Source: Hyphomicrobiales bacterium
Lineage (GTDB): Bacteria; Pseudomonadota; Alphaproteobacteria; Rhizobiales; Beijerinckiaceae
Assembly (NCBI GenBank): GCA_947455645.1
Contig: CANGPA010000005.1
Span: forward strand, 319 to 64,318
Length of the DNA stretch: 64,000 nt
Direction of reading: 5' to 3'
Part shown: positions 52,516 to 60,698 of the stretch, one piece after another
Numbering within the stretch: the first letter of the stretch is position 1
How the letters are laid out: the number at the start of each line of letters is the position of its first letter
Notes under the pieces: model-generated
Seen by the model: the letters and a program-made list of their open reading frames with translations, nothing else
The model's database searches: none
Told to the model about the DNA's origin: nothing
Program-made: the position numbers and the translations under genes

Positions 52516-53033
52516 TTAGATTGAGGAAATGTTAACAAAGCCAAGGCCTTGGCCGTAATGAAGAGATTTTTCGTCGGGCGGAATCCGATGAATCGCATAA
52601 AACTTCGACCTCAGGTTGCGAAGCTCGCGTTGCATGGGTGGGGCTGGCTGTGTAACGTCCTCTTCGTTCACTGCCTGTCGGTGAACGGCTTCCTCGGATG
52701 ATTGTTCGGTCAATCCCCTTGGTTTGGGGACGGAGCGGTTTTGTATCTTTCGAGTATGCGTGATGAGAGTCGATCGTGGTTGAAACAATCACGGTCAGGT
52801 GTGAAGGGCCCAACGCGGCGACAGAGTCCATGCAACAAGGGACCACGTCACGATTGGCAGGTTAGGAAGAGGGACGCGAGACATGACGATTGTCTTTGAC
52901 GCAAGCCGGTCCAAGATGCGGATCATCAACGCAAGCGGCAAGTGTTCATTGTTCGATTGTCCGAAGCGGAACAGCTGATCCACCAGCTGCCATTACGCAT
53001 CCAATTTATCCTGCTGCCGCCCGAGACCCCATA

Positions 53034-54509
53034 ATGTCGAATTCTCATGTCATCCTTGCTGCCGATGCGCCCGTTTCAAAAACGGTAGACGATGATGCAG
53101 CGTGGGATCGTGTCCGTCGTCGTCTGCGCGCCGAACTTGGCGATGATGTGTTTTCAAGTTGGTTTGGACGACTTGAACTTTTAGGCCTTGCCGGCGAAAT
53201 GGCGCATCTCACCGTTCCAACGCGCTTTTTGAAAAGCTGGATCCAGTCGCATTATATGGATCGTTTACGGTCGCTGGTTTTCGAAGAGTTCATCGGGCTG
53301 TCTGAAATTCAAGTCGCCGTGCGCAGCGCTGCAATAAAGCCGGTTCAAAAGCCTCACAGCGCAGCCGGACATGATACAACAACGCGTGAACGTGCGCCGT
53401 CCGAGCGGATGTTATCTGATGCGCCAACTCAGCCAGAACGCGTCGTCACGAGTGAAACCGATTCACTGGGTGGCGCGCCGCTTGATCGTCGTTTGACCTT
53501 CACCAATTTTCTTGTCGGTAAATCAAATCAATTGGCGCATGCGGCCGCCGAGCGTGTGGCACGCCATACGCAGGGCGAGACACCGCTTTACAATCCGCTC
53601 TATGTTCATGCCGGTGTCGGCCTCGGCAAAACGCATCTTCTGCATGCGATCGCGCATGAGACAATGGCGCAAGGCCGTCGCGTGATTTATCTCACCGCTG
53701 ACCGGTTCATGTATGGCTTTGTCGCGGCACTCAAAGCGCAAACGGCGCTCAATTTCAAAGAGCGTCTGCGCGGCATTGATCTTCTTGTGATCGATGACGT
53801 GCAATTCTTGCAGGGCAAATCAATCCAGCAGGAATTCTGCCACACATTAAACGCGCTCATCGATTCCGGTCGGCAGATCGTGATCGCTGCAGATCGTCCG
53901 CCATCCGATCTTGAAAGCCTCGACGAGCGCGTGAAGTCACGCCTTGCGGGTGGGCTTGCGGTTGAGATGGGTCCGCTTGATGAATCCTTGCGTGTCCGCA
54001 TCATCGAAGCGCGCATCGCGAGCGCTCGGCAACATCAGCCGAGCTTCGATGTGAGCCCCGCCGTTATCAGCTATGTCGCACAAGCCATTATCTCGAATGG
54101 CCGCGATCTTGATGGTGCTGTGAACCGGCTTTTGGCGCATTCGACGCTGACCGGTGGCGCGCTCACGGTCGAGGCCGCGGAAACAGCGATCCGTGATCTG
54201 GTCCGTGCCCGCGAACCTCGTAAGGTCAAGATCGAAGACATTCAGAAACTCGTGGCGACGCATTTCAATGTCAGCCGCGCTGATATTCTTTCCTCGCGTC
54301 GTTCGGCCGGTGTGGTGAAGCCGCGCCAGATCGCGATGTATCTCGCTAAAGTTCTGACACTGAGGTCGCTGCCTGAAATCGGGCGTCGCTTTGGCGGGCG
54401 CGATCACACGACCGTGCTTCATGCCGTACGCAAGATCGAGGGCGCCGTTTCGGCCGATTCCGGTCTGCGCGATGACGTCGAGCTCTTGAAACGGATGTTG
54501 CAGGACTAA
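53034..54509 (+). CDS. dnaA: chromosomal replication initiator DnaA
   Basis: [20 protein letters not shown] Walker A, with the C-terminal DNA-binding region [17 protein letters not shown]. The ATG at 53034 gives 491 aa (track start 52890). Confidence 0.95.
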   Translation: MSNSHVILAADAPVSKTVDDDAAWDRVRRRLRAELGDDVFSSWFGRLELLGLAGEMAHLTVPTRFLKSWIQSHYMDRLRSLVFEEFIGLSEIQVAVRSAAIKPVQKPHSAAGHDTTTRERAPSERMLSDAPTQPERVVTSETDSLGGAPLDRRLTFTNFLVGKSNQLAHAAAERVARHTQGETPLYNPLYVHAGVGLGKTHLLHAIAHETMAQGRRVIYLTADRFMYGFVAALKAQTALNFKERLRGIDLLVIDDVQFLQGKSIQQEFCHTLNALIDSGRQIVIAADRPPSDLESLDERVKSRLAGGLAVEMGPLDESLRVRIIEARIASARQHQPSFDVSPAVISYVAQAIISNGRDLDGAVNRLLAHSTLTGGALTVEAAETAIRDLVRAREPRKVKIEDIQKLVATHFNVSRADILSSRRSAGVVKPRQIAMYLAKVLTLRSLPEIGRRFGGRDHTTVLHAVRKIEGAVSADSGLRDDVELLKRMLQD

Positions 54510-54662
54510 GACCCGCCTCAGGCGGGAATTCTGTGGACCAACCTCAGTAAATCACGGGTCAAGTTGGGCTTTCACTTGCGTGATAGGGGCCCAATCTGGC
54601 ATTTTTAACGGCCCCGCAGTTCTGTTGGGGCTCGGTTTTCTTCCATTGATGCAAGGTCGGCG

Positions 54663-55781
54663 ATGAAGGTCACGGTCGAAAAAGCGGCTCTTCTTAGGTC
54701 ATTGGGCCATGTCCATCGGGTGGTTGAGCGGCGGAACACGATTCCGATCCTCTCCAACATTCTGCTCAAGGCGGCGGATGGCAATCTCCATCTGAAGGCG
54801 ACCGATCTTGATCTTGAGGTGACCGAACGGTTTCCGGCCGATATCGCGCTTGCCGGCGGCACCACCGTGCCAGCCCATATGCTCTACGAGATTATTCGCA
54901 AACTGCCCGATGGCGCGCAGGTCTCGCTCGACAATTCGGGCGATGCCACGCAACTCGTGATCCGCTCCGGTCGGTCGCGCTTCACGCTGCAGGCTTTGCC
55001 CGACAGTGATTTTCCCGATCTGGCCACTGGAACGCTCGATCACAGCTTCTCGCTTCCCGCCGCGGAACTGCGTCGCCTGATTGAAAAGACCCAATTTGCA
55101 ATCTCAACAGAAGAGACGCGCTATTATCTCAACGGCATCTATCTGCACACGATTGATGTGATGGGCCACACGATGTTGCGCGCAGTGGCAACCGACGGTC
55201 ATCGGTTGGCGCGTGTGGAAGCCGATGCGCCGCAAGGTTCATCCGGCATGCCCGGCATTATTGTGCCGCGCAAAGCGGTCAGCGAAATTCTGAAACTCGT
55301 CGAGACGGGTGTCGAAACAGTCGCAATCGAAGTATCCGCTTCAAAAATCCGGCTCACATTTGGTGAAGTCGTGCTGACTTCGAAATTGATTGACGGCACC
55401 TTCCCCGATTATCAGCGTGTGATCCCGACGGCGAATGACAAACTGCTCACCGTTGAGAAAGCGGATTTCGTCGCAGCGGTTGATCGCGTATCCACCATCT
55501 CGTCCGAGCGGACGCGTGCGGTTAAACTGGCCGTGGCGGATGGCAAATTGACGCTCTCTGTCACCAATCCAGACTCGGGCTCGGCCATTGAAGAGATCGA
55601 AGTCGATTATGATCAAGACGCGATCGAAATCGGCTTTAACGCACGCTATCTGCTCGATATCGCCGCCGAGCTTGATGGCGATACCGCGCTGATCAAACTG
55701 GCCGATGCGGGATCCCCCACACTCGTGCAGGATCGGGAAGGCGCAAGCGCCCTCTATGTTCTGATGCCGATGCGCGTGTGA
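54663..55781 (+). CDS. dnaN: DNA polymerase III beta sliding clamp
   Basis: 372 aa, MKVTVEKAALLRSLGHVHRVVERRNTIPILSNILL. It follows dnaA. Confidence 0.95.
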   Translation: MKVTVEKAALLRSLGHVHRVVERRNTIPILSNILLKAADGNLHLKATDLDLEVTERFPADIALAGGTTVPAHMLYEIIRKLPDGAQVSLDNSGDATQLVIRSGRSRFTLQALPDSDFPDLATGTLDHSFSLPAAELRRLIEKTQFAISTEETRYYLNGIYLHTIDVMGHTMLRAVATDGHRLARVEADAPQGSSGMPGIIVPRKAVSEILKLVETGVETVAIEVSASKIRLTFGEVVLTSKLIDGTFPDYQRVIPTANDKLLTVEKADFVAAVDRVSTISSERTRAVKLAVADGKLTLSVTNPDSGSAIEEIEVDYDQDAIEIGFNARYLLDIAAELDGDTALIKLADAGSPTLVQDREGASALYVLMPMRV

Positions 55782-56953
55782 CCGCCAATAAATTGGGTCG
55801 CGTCACGTCAACGCTGAAAACGCCGCGCATTTCCCGATTGATCCTTCAGGATTTTCGCTCCTATTCCGCGCTCGATCTTGAGATCGCAGGTCGTATGGTT
55901 GCGTTTATCGGCGAGAATGGCGCCGGCAAAACAAATCTGCTTGAAGCACTCTCTTTATTCGCGCCGGGTCGCGGCTTACGCCGCGCCGATATGAATGACA
56001 TGCCGCGTGAACAGGGCACGGGCAGTTTTGCCATTTCCATCATGCTCGACACCGATGAGGACATCACGCGTTTAGGCACGGGCTTTGATGCGCATGCTCC
56101 CGAGGGAACACCCGCGCGTCGCTATCGCATCAATGGAACAACAACGGGATCGGCGCAGGATTTCGCCGATTATCTTCGCATTGTTTGGTTGACCCCTGCG
56201 CTTGATGGATTGTTTTCAGGACCTGCGGGTGATCGTCGCCGCTTTATCGATCGTCTGGTTCTCGCGCTTGATCCGGCTCATGCAGGGCGCGTCTCGGCAC
56301 TGGAACGCGCGTTGCGCGCACGCAATAAATTATTGGAAGACCATTCATCCGATCCCGCATGGCTTGATGCGATTGAACGTGAGGCAGCTGAAACCGCTGT
56401 TGCGGTTGCCGCCGCACGCCAAGAAACTGTCGGGCGCTTGGCCGGACTCATTCTCGCCGCACGCGATGATGCATCACCCTTCCCCTGGGCCGACATCCGC
56501 CTTGAAGGATGGATTGAATCCGCTTTGCTCACGCAACCGGCAATCGATGTTGAGGATTCCTATCGCGCTTTGTTGCGCGAGAATCGCGGACGGGATCGTG
56601 CCGCCGGTCGCGCTTTGATCGGCCCACAAGCCTCGGATTTAATTGTGCTGCATGGACCAAAATCCGTTGCCGCCGATCGCGCATCAACCGGCGAGCAAAA
56701 AGCCTTGTTGATTGGTCTTGTTCTGGCACATGCCCAACTCGTCGCCGATATGAGTGGTCTCGCACCGCTCGTTCTTCTGGATGAAGTGGCCGCGCATCTC
56801 GACCCGAAACGGCGCATGGCTTTGTTCGAAACGCTGGCAAAGCTCGGCTCGCAGGTTTTTATGACGGGTGCCGATGCTTTGGCTTTCACGATGTTGCCCG
56901 AAGGCGCACGTCAATACACCGTCGCAAACGGACAGGTAGACCTCAAGCCATGA
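55778..56953 (+). CDS. recF: DNA replication/repair protein RecF
   Basis: GENGAGKTNLLEA Walker A and the SMC-like signature STGEQKALL. The GTG start overlaps the dnaN TGA. Confidence 0.93.
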   Translation: MTANKLGRVTSTLKTPRISRLILQDFRSYSALDLEIAGRMVAFIGENGAGKTNLLEALSLFAPGRGLRRADMNDMPREQGTGSFAISIMLDTDEDITRLGTGFDAHAPEGTPARRYRINGTTTGSAQDFADYLRIVWLTPALDGLFSGPAGDRRRFIDRLVLALDPAHAGRVSALERALRARNKLLEDHSSDPAWLDAIEREAAETAVAVAAARQETVGRLAGLILAARDDASPFPWADIRLEGWIESALLTQPAIDVEDSYRALLRENRGRDRAAGRALIGPQASDLIVLHGPKSVAADRASTGEQKALLIGLVLAHAQLVADMSGLAPLVLLDEVAAHLDPKRRMALFETLAKLGSQVFMTGADALAFTMLPEGARQYTVANGQVDLKP

Positions 56954-57567
56954 CGCTTTCCCGCTATCTCATCTTCGCTCTGACCTATTTCATCGCGGTC
57001 ATCACACCGGGACCTGGCCTTGCGGCCATTATCGCGCGGGCGCTGGGTCGCGGTCTTCACGGTATGCCCGCGTTTCTGGCCGGCTTTATTGCGGGTGACC
57101 TCACGCTATTCATCATCGCTGCGGCGGGTCTTGCCGTGGTGGCGGAGGCTTATGCGCCCCTTCTTATTGCCGTGCGTTGGGGTGGCGCCGCCTATCTGGT
57201 CTGGCTCGCTTATAAACTTTGGACAACGCCAGTGGATGCGCATCTTGATGCGGAAGCCGCCCACGCGTCTGAATCTCCTTGGGCGCTTTTTCTTTCAACC
57301 TATTCACTGACCATCAGCAATCCGAAACCGATTTTGTTCTTCGTGGCGCTGCTGCCAGCGCTGCTGGATCTGTCAACCTTGACGCTGGTTGATTACGGCA
57401 TTCTCACACTCACCATTGCGGTGATTATTTCATTTTGCCTGTTGATGTATGCCGGTGCGGCAAGCCGCGCCCGACTCTTGTTCACGAGCATAAGGGCGCG
57501 AACCATCATCAACCGCATCACCGGAACCATGTTGGCGGTGGTTGCGATGATCATGGCGTGGATGTGA
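56950..57567 (+). CDS. LysE/RhtB-family amino acid exporter
   Basis: 205 aa with about six hydrophobic helices and ITPGPG near the N-terminus. ATGA overlap with recF. Confidence 0.8.
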   Translation: MTLSRYLIFALTYFIAVITPGPGLAAIIARALGRGLHGMPAFLAGFIAGDLTLFIIAAAGLAVVAEAYAPLLIAVRWGGAAYLVWLAYKLWTTPVDAHLDAEAAHASESPWALFLSTYSLTISNPKPILFFVALLPALLDLSTLTLVDYGILTLTIAVIISFCLLMYAGAASRARLLFTSIRARTIINRITGTMLAVVAMIMAWM

Positions 57568-57586
57568 TCGGATCAAACAATACAGA

Positions 57587-59050
57587 TCACACTGCGGCGG
57601 CGTGGCGGCCTTTACCGGATGACAGCCACGCATCAAACACGGATGCCACCGTGCGCATAGCAATCCGCGCATCATCAGGGATCGTCACCACCCAACCGGT
57701 GATTTGAACCATGCCTTCGCGTTGCAATTGATCAAGCCGATCAAGATCATCGAGAAACACCGCGGGATCAACGCCATGATGATGCGCTACCGCTTCAAGA
57801 TCGACCGTGAGATTGCACATCAATTTTTCAATCACGTCACGACGTAAAAGATCATCGGCACTCAAGACAAGACCGCGATGAATGGGTAAACGCCCTTCTT
57901 CCACGCTTTGCGCCCAAAGCGTCGGATCACTCTCATTTTGTGCATAACCCCATCCCGTCGCGCTGATCGCACTCGGACCAATCGCAATCAACGTCGTTGC
58001 CGTATCAGTCGTGTAGCCTTGAAAATTGCGATGCAGGGTCAGCGTTTTTGTAGCCATCGCCATCGGGTCGGTCGATAAAGCAAAATGATCAAGACCGATG
58101 GGCCTATAATGCGCTTCAAGCGCTGCACGCGCCGCGCTTGCCAAACTCATGCGCGCTTTCGCATCGGGAAGACCATGACGCTCGAGGGCTTTTTGATATT
58201 TCTTCATCCACGGCACATGCGCATAACCAAACAAGGCCACACGATCAGCGCCCAATCTTATTGTCGCTTCAACACTCGCTGTGATCGTCTCATCGGTCTG
58301 GCAGGGCAATCCATAAATCAGATCGACATTGATCGGCATCACACCATTGCGGCGTAACGCTTCAAATGTTTTGGCAACCACCTCATAAGGCTGAATGCGA
58401 TGAATGGCCTTTTGGACATCCGCGTCAAAATCCTGCACGCCGATGGAAGCGCGCGTCACACCTTCTTCGCCATAGGCTTTCGCGCGCGATGCGGTAAACC
58501 CGCGCGGATCAATCTCAATGGAAATTCCGGCACCCTTTGAAAAATCAAAATGCCGCCGCAGCACAGCCATGACACGATGAAAATCATCGGGCGATAACAG
58601 GCTCGGCGTGCCGCCGCCAAAATGCAAATGCGACAAGGTTGCGCGTCCTGGCAAACGTTCGACAACGAGCTGGAGTTCAGCAAGCAGCGTTTCGAGATAA
58701 GGCTTCACCGGCGCATAAGTTTTGGTGACGGTCGTATTGCAGCCGCAATACCAACACAGCTTCGCGCAAAACGGCACATGCACATAAAGCGACAAAGGCT
58801 CGGAAAGATCCGTGCGCTCGAGCCAGGAATTGACGGTTGCCGCCGTCACACCGCCATGAAAATGCGGCGCGGTCGGATAGCTCGTATAGCGCGGCACCCG
58901 CGCATCAAGATGCTGAAGCCACGTTTTTTTAAGGACCGTCTCTTGAGGCGAAACGTCTTTGATCGGCGGCTCTTTCACCAAGCAGGTTTGGTGAGCACCA
59001 TCGGCGGGAAGCAGGATCGTGGTCGAGCGGTGATGTTTGTGATCGTTCAT
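57587..59050 (-). CDS. hemN: oxygen-independent coproporphyrinogen III oxidase (radical SAM)
   Basis: PRYTSYPTAPHF and the radical-SAM CAKLCWYCGC motif. The ATG at 59050 is preferred; the true start could lie further downstream. Confidence 0.9.
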   Translation of the reverse strand: MNDHKHHRSTTILLPADGAHQTCLVKEPPIKDVSPQETVLKKTWLQHLDARVPRYTSYPTAPHFHGGVTAATVNSWLERTDLSEPLSLYVHVPFCAKLCWYCGCNTTVTKTYAPVKPYLETLLAELQLVVERLPGRATLSHLHFGGGTPSLLSPDDFHRVMAVLRRHFDFSKGAGISIEIDPRGFTASRAKAYGEEGVTRASIGVQDFDADVQKAIHRIQPYEVVAKTFEALRRNGVMPINVDLIYGLPCQTDETITASVEATIRLGADRVALFGYAHVPWMKKYQKALERHGLPDAKARMSLASAARAALEAHYRPIGLDHFALSTDPMAMATKTLTLHRNFQGYTTDTATTLIAIGPSAISATGWGYAQNESDPTLWAQSVEEGRLPIHRGLVLSADDLLRRDVIEKLMCNLTVDLEAVAHHHGVDPAVFLDDLDRLDQLQREGMVQITGWVVTIPDDARIAMRTVASVFDAWLSSGKGRHAAAV

Positions 59051-59084
59051 GCACGCGATTTTGACCAGAGCGTGCAAGCGATCC

Positions 59085-59098
59085 TTGATTTACATCAA
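59085..59098. promoter_or_regulatory. FNR/FixK-type box upstream of hemN
   Basis: TTGAT-TTAC-ATCAA is a perfect match to TTGAT-N4-ATCAA. Confidence 0.7.
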
Positions 59099-59159
59099 GT
59101 GTGGCGGCGGAGACGTGTCCGACCGCGCGGCCTTCTTCCTAAGATCTGGAAGAAGGAAA

Positions 59160-59236
59160 TGGTACAGCTACCCCGGCTCGAACGGGGGACCTCTAGATCC
59201 ACAATCTAGCGCTCTAACCAACTGAGCTATAGCTGC
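59160..59236 (-). tRNA. tRNA-His (anticodon GUG), A73 discriminator
   Basis: Folded by hand. GCAGCTA/TAGCTGT acceptor with G1-U72, anticodon arm CTAGA-TTGTGGA-TCTAG, T arm CCCCG-TTCGAGC-CGGGG, then A-CCA. Confidence 0.93.
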
Positions 59237-59328
59237 CCACAACGAAAGGGCTCAGAAACGTGCCCTTGCGGATCACGTCCTAAGCCCGACCGCTTCTCTT
59301 TTCAAGTGCCCGAAGCCCGGAAAGGCCT

Positions 59329-59994
59329 TCAGTGCCCGGGACGTTGCGCATCGAGCGCATGATTAAACGCTTTGCGCACCGGCTCTGAGGCTTTGGTCGC
59401 CACAGCCGTTGCCAGCGAGGACAATTCGCGCGCCTCGTCAAAACCGCGTTCGAACTGCTTGCGCATCTGGCTCGCTTGCAAATCGATCATGTCCGAAAGG
59501 GTGCGCACTTGCGTGACCGCGCGGAAGAAGCCGAAGGTTGCATGGGCCTGAGCCTCAAGCGCATCGGCAACCCGCGCCTGCATTTCCTTCAAGCCGGATT
59601 GAACGACCTGGCCGCTCGCCTCAAAACCGCGTGCAAGGGACAAAGAAGCATCTTGCGAGCGCGCGAAGGTGGCGCGGGCCTGTTCGAGCGACTGCTCGGC
59701 CATGCCGCGCAAAGCGGAGACCGCATCCTTATCGGCCGTGGTGGATTTGGGCGACGCCTTCACCGGTGCAACGGCCTTCGACGGTGCCGCATTGGTTTTG
59801 GCGGCTGATTTGGCTTTTGCCACGGGTTTGGCTTTTTCAGAGCCCGCCTTGGTTGGCGCCACGGGATTGACCCGTTCAAGCGGAACCACAGGCGTTGCGG
59901 GGCGGGCTTTGACCAGAGCCGTGAGCGCCGGAGCGGATGCATCGGCGGCGGAACCGGCTTTCGGATCAGAAGGGAGGGTCGGATCGGATGCCAT
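59329..59994 (-). CDS. phasin-family protein with Ala/Lys/Pro-rich N-terminal half
   Basis: The C-terminal half (AEQSLEQARATFARSQD...FGFFRAVTQVRTLSDMIDLQASQMRKQFE) is phasin-like. The N-terminal ~100 aa is low-complexity (KAGSEKAKPVAKAKSAAKTNAAPSKAVAPVKASPK). Confidence 0.7.
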   Translation of the reverse strand: MASDPTLPSDPKAGSAADASAPALTALVKARPATPVVPLERVNPVAPTKAGSEKAKPVAKAKSAAKTNAAPSKAVAPVKASPKSTTADKDAVSALRGMAEQSLEQARATFARSQDASLSLARGFEASGQVVQSGLKEMQARVADALEAQAHATFGFFRAVTQVRTLSDMIDLQASQMRKQFERGFDEARELSSLATAVATKASEPVRKAFNHALDAQRPGH

Positions 59995-60042
59995 GACGGT
60001 GTCCTCAAACGGTGAGAAAGGGGAGCGTGAAAGGGGCTAAAT

Positions 60043-60486
60043 TTATTTGCGCTTGGTGACGTCAGACGCCGCCTTGCGCATTTCAGCGGCTGCACCCTCG
60101 ACGGTCGATTGGGCGCTTTCGGCGGCCTTGCGGGCATTGGTCTGCACCACCGCGCCGAAATCCGTCATTTGCGTCTGAAGAGCCGCGACCTGCGCCTTCA
60201 CAAATTCGGTCTGGATATGCACGACATCCTGCACGTCCTTGGCATGAACCAGACGATTGGCGAGGTCGAACGCTGCCGTGATGTTCTTCTCGGCATAGCC
60301 AATCGCCTTCTCGGCGAGATCACGCGAGCTCGACTGCGCGGTCAGTGCCTGCGTGTCCGCCGCGGAAACGGCCTTATGCGCCGCACCGAGAAAACCGTCA
60401 AAAGCCTTGCGGGCTTGATCGACGCTTTTTTCAGCAAAATCACGCATTTCGGCAGGAATTTCGTAAGATGGGATCGATTTTGACAT
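60043..60486 (-). CDS. phasin (PHA granule-associated protein)
   Basis: MSKSIPSYEIPAEMRDFAEKSVDQARKAFDGFLGAAHKAV... is typical of alphaproteobacterial phasins. The ATG at 60486 replaces the track start at 60573. Confidence 0.8.
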   Translation of the reverse strand: MSKSIPSYEIPAEMRDFAEKSVDQARKAFDGFLGAAHKAVSAADTQALTAQSSSRDLAEKAIGYAEKNITAAFDLANRLVHAKDVQDVVHIQTEFVKAQVAALQTQMTDFGAVVQTNARKAAESAQSTVEGAAAEMRKAASDVTKRK

Positions 60487-60554
60487 GATAAAACCTCTGG
60501 ATGAAAATCTGGGGAGGCCGGCAAAACGCCTGAACTCAAGCCGGTTATTTCGCA

Positions 60555-60587
60555 GTGCAATATAATGTTGCATTGCACAATCGTCAA
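60555..60587 (-). promoter_or_regulatory. sigma-70-like promoter of the phasin gene overlapped by a TGC-rich inverted repeat
   Basis: The minus strand reads TTGACG (60587-60582), a 17-nt spacer, then TATATT (60564-59). GTGCAAT (60555-61) and ATTGCAC (60572-78) form a 7-bp inverted repeat covering the -10 and spacer. Confidence 0.55.
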
Positions 60588-60698
60588 TCGAAAGACTGGT
60601 TAACCCTGTTTGCGATCTCTTCGACCTTCGGGGGAGAAAGCCTTGGACGGGACCCCCTCCGATCCTCTAAATTTGTCTCGATCTTAAAATTTCCTTGA

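Noticed and set aside
52516-52899. ORFs inside the dnaA upstream gap (52516..52788(-), 52532..52846(-), 52702..52899(+)) and the 5' extension of the dnaA ORF from 52890.
   Set aside because: They have no RBS and no family resemblance, and their composition is odd. DnaA aligns with typical N-termini from the ATG at 53034 (MSNSHV...[21 protein letters not shown]).
60684-60698. The CtrA-like box TTAA-N7-TTGA just before the histidine kinase ORF, and a search for TTAA-N7-TTAA in the dnaA upstream gap (52172-53033).
   Set aside because: The kinase site has a mismatch in the second half-site and abuts the ATG. No exact TTAA-N7-TTAA was found in the dnaA gap (the nearest has N10 spacing at about 52406), so I make no CtrA claim.
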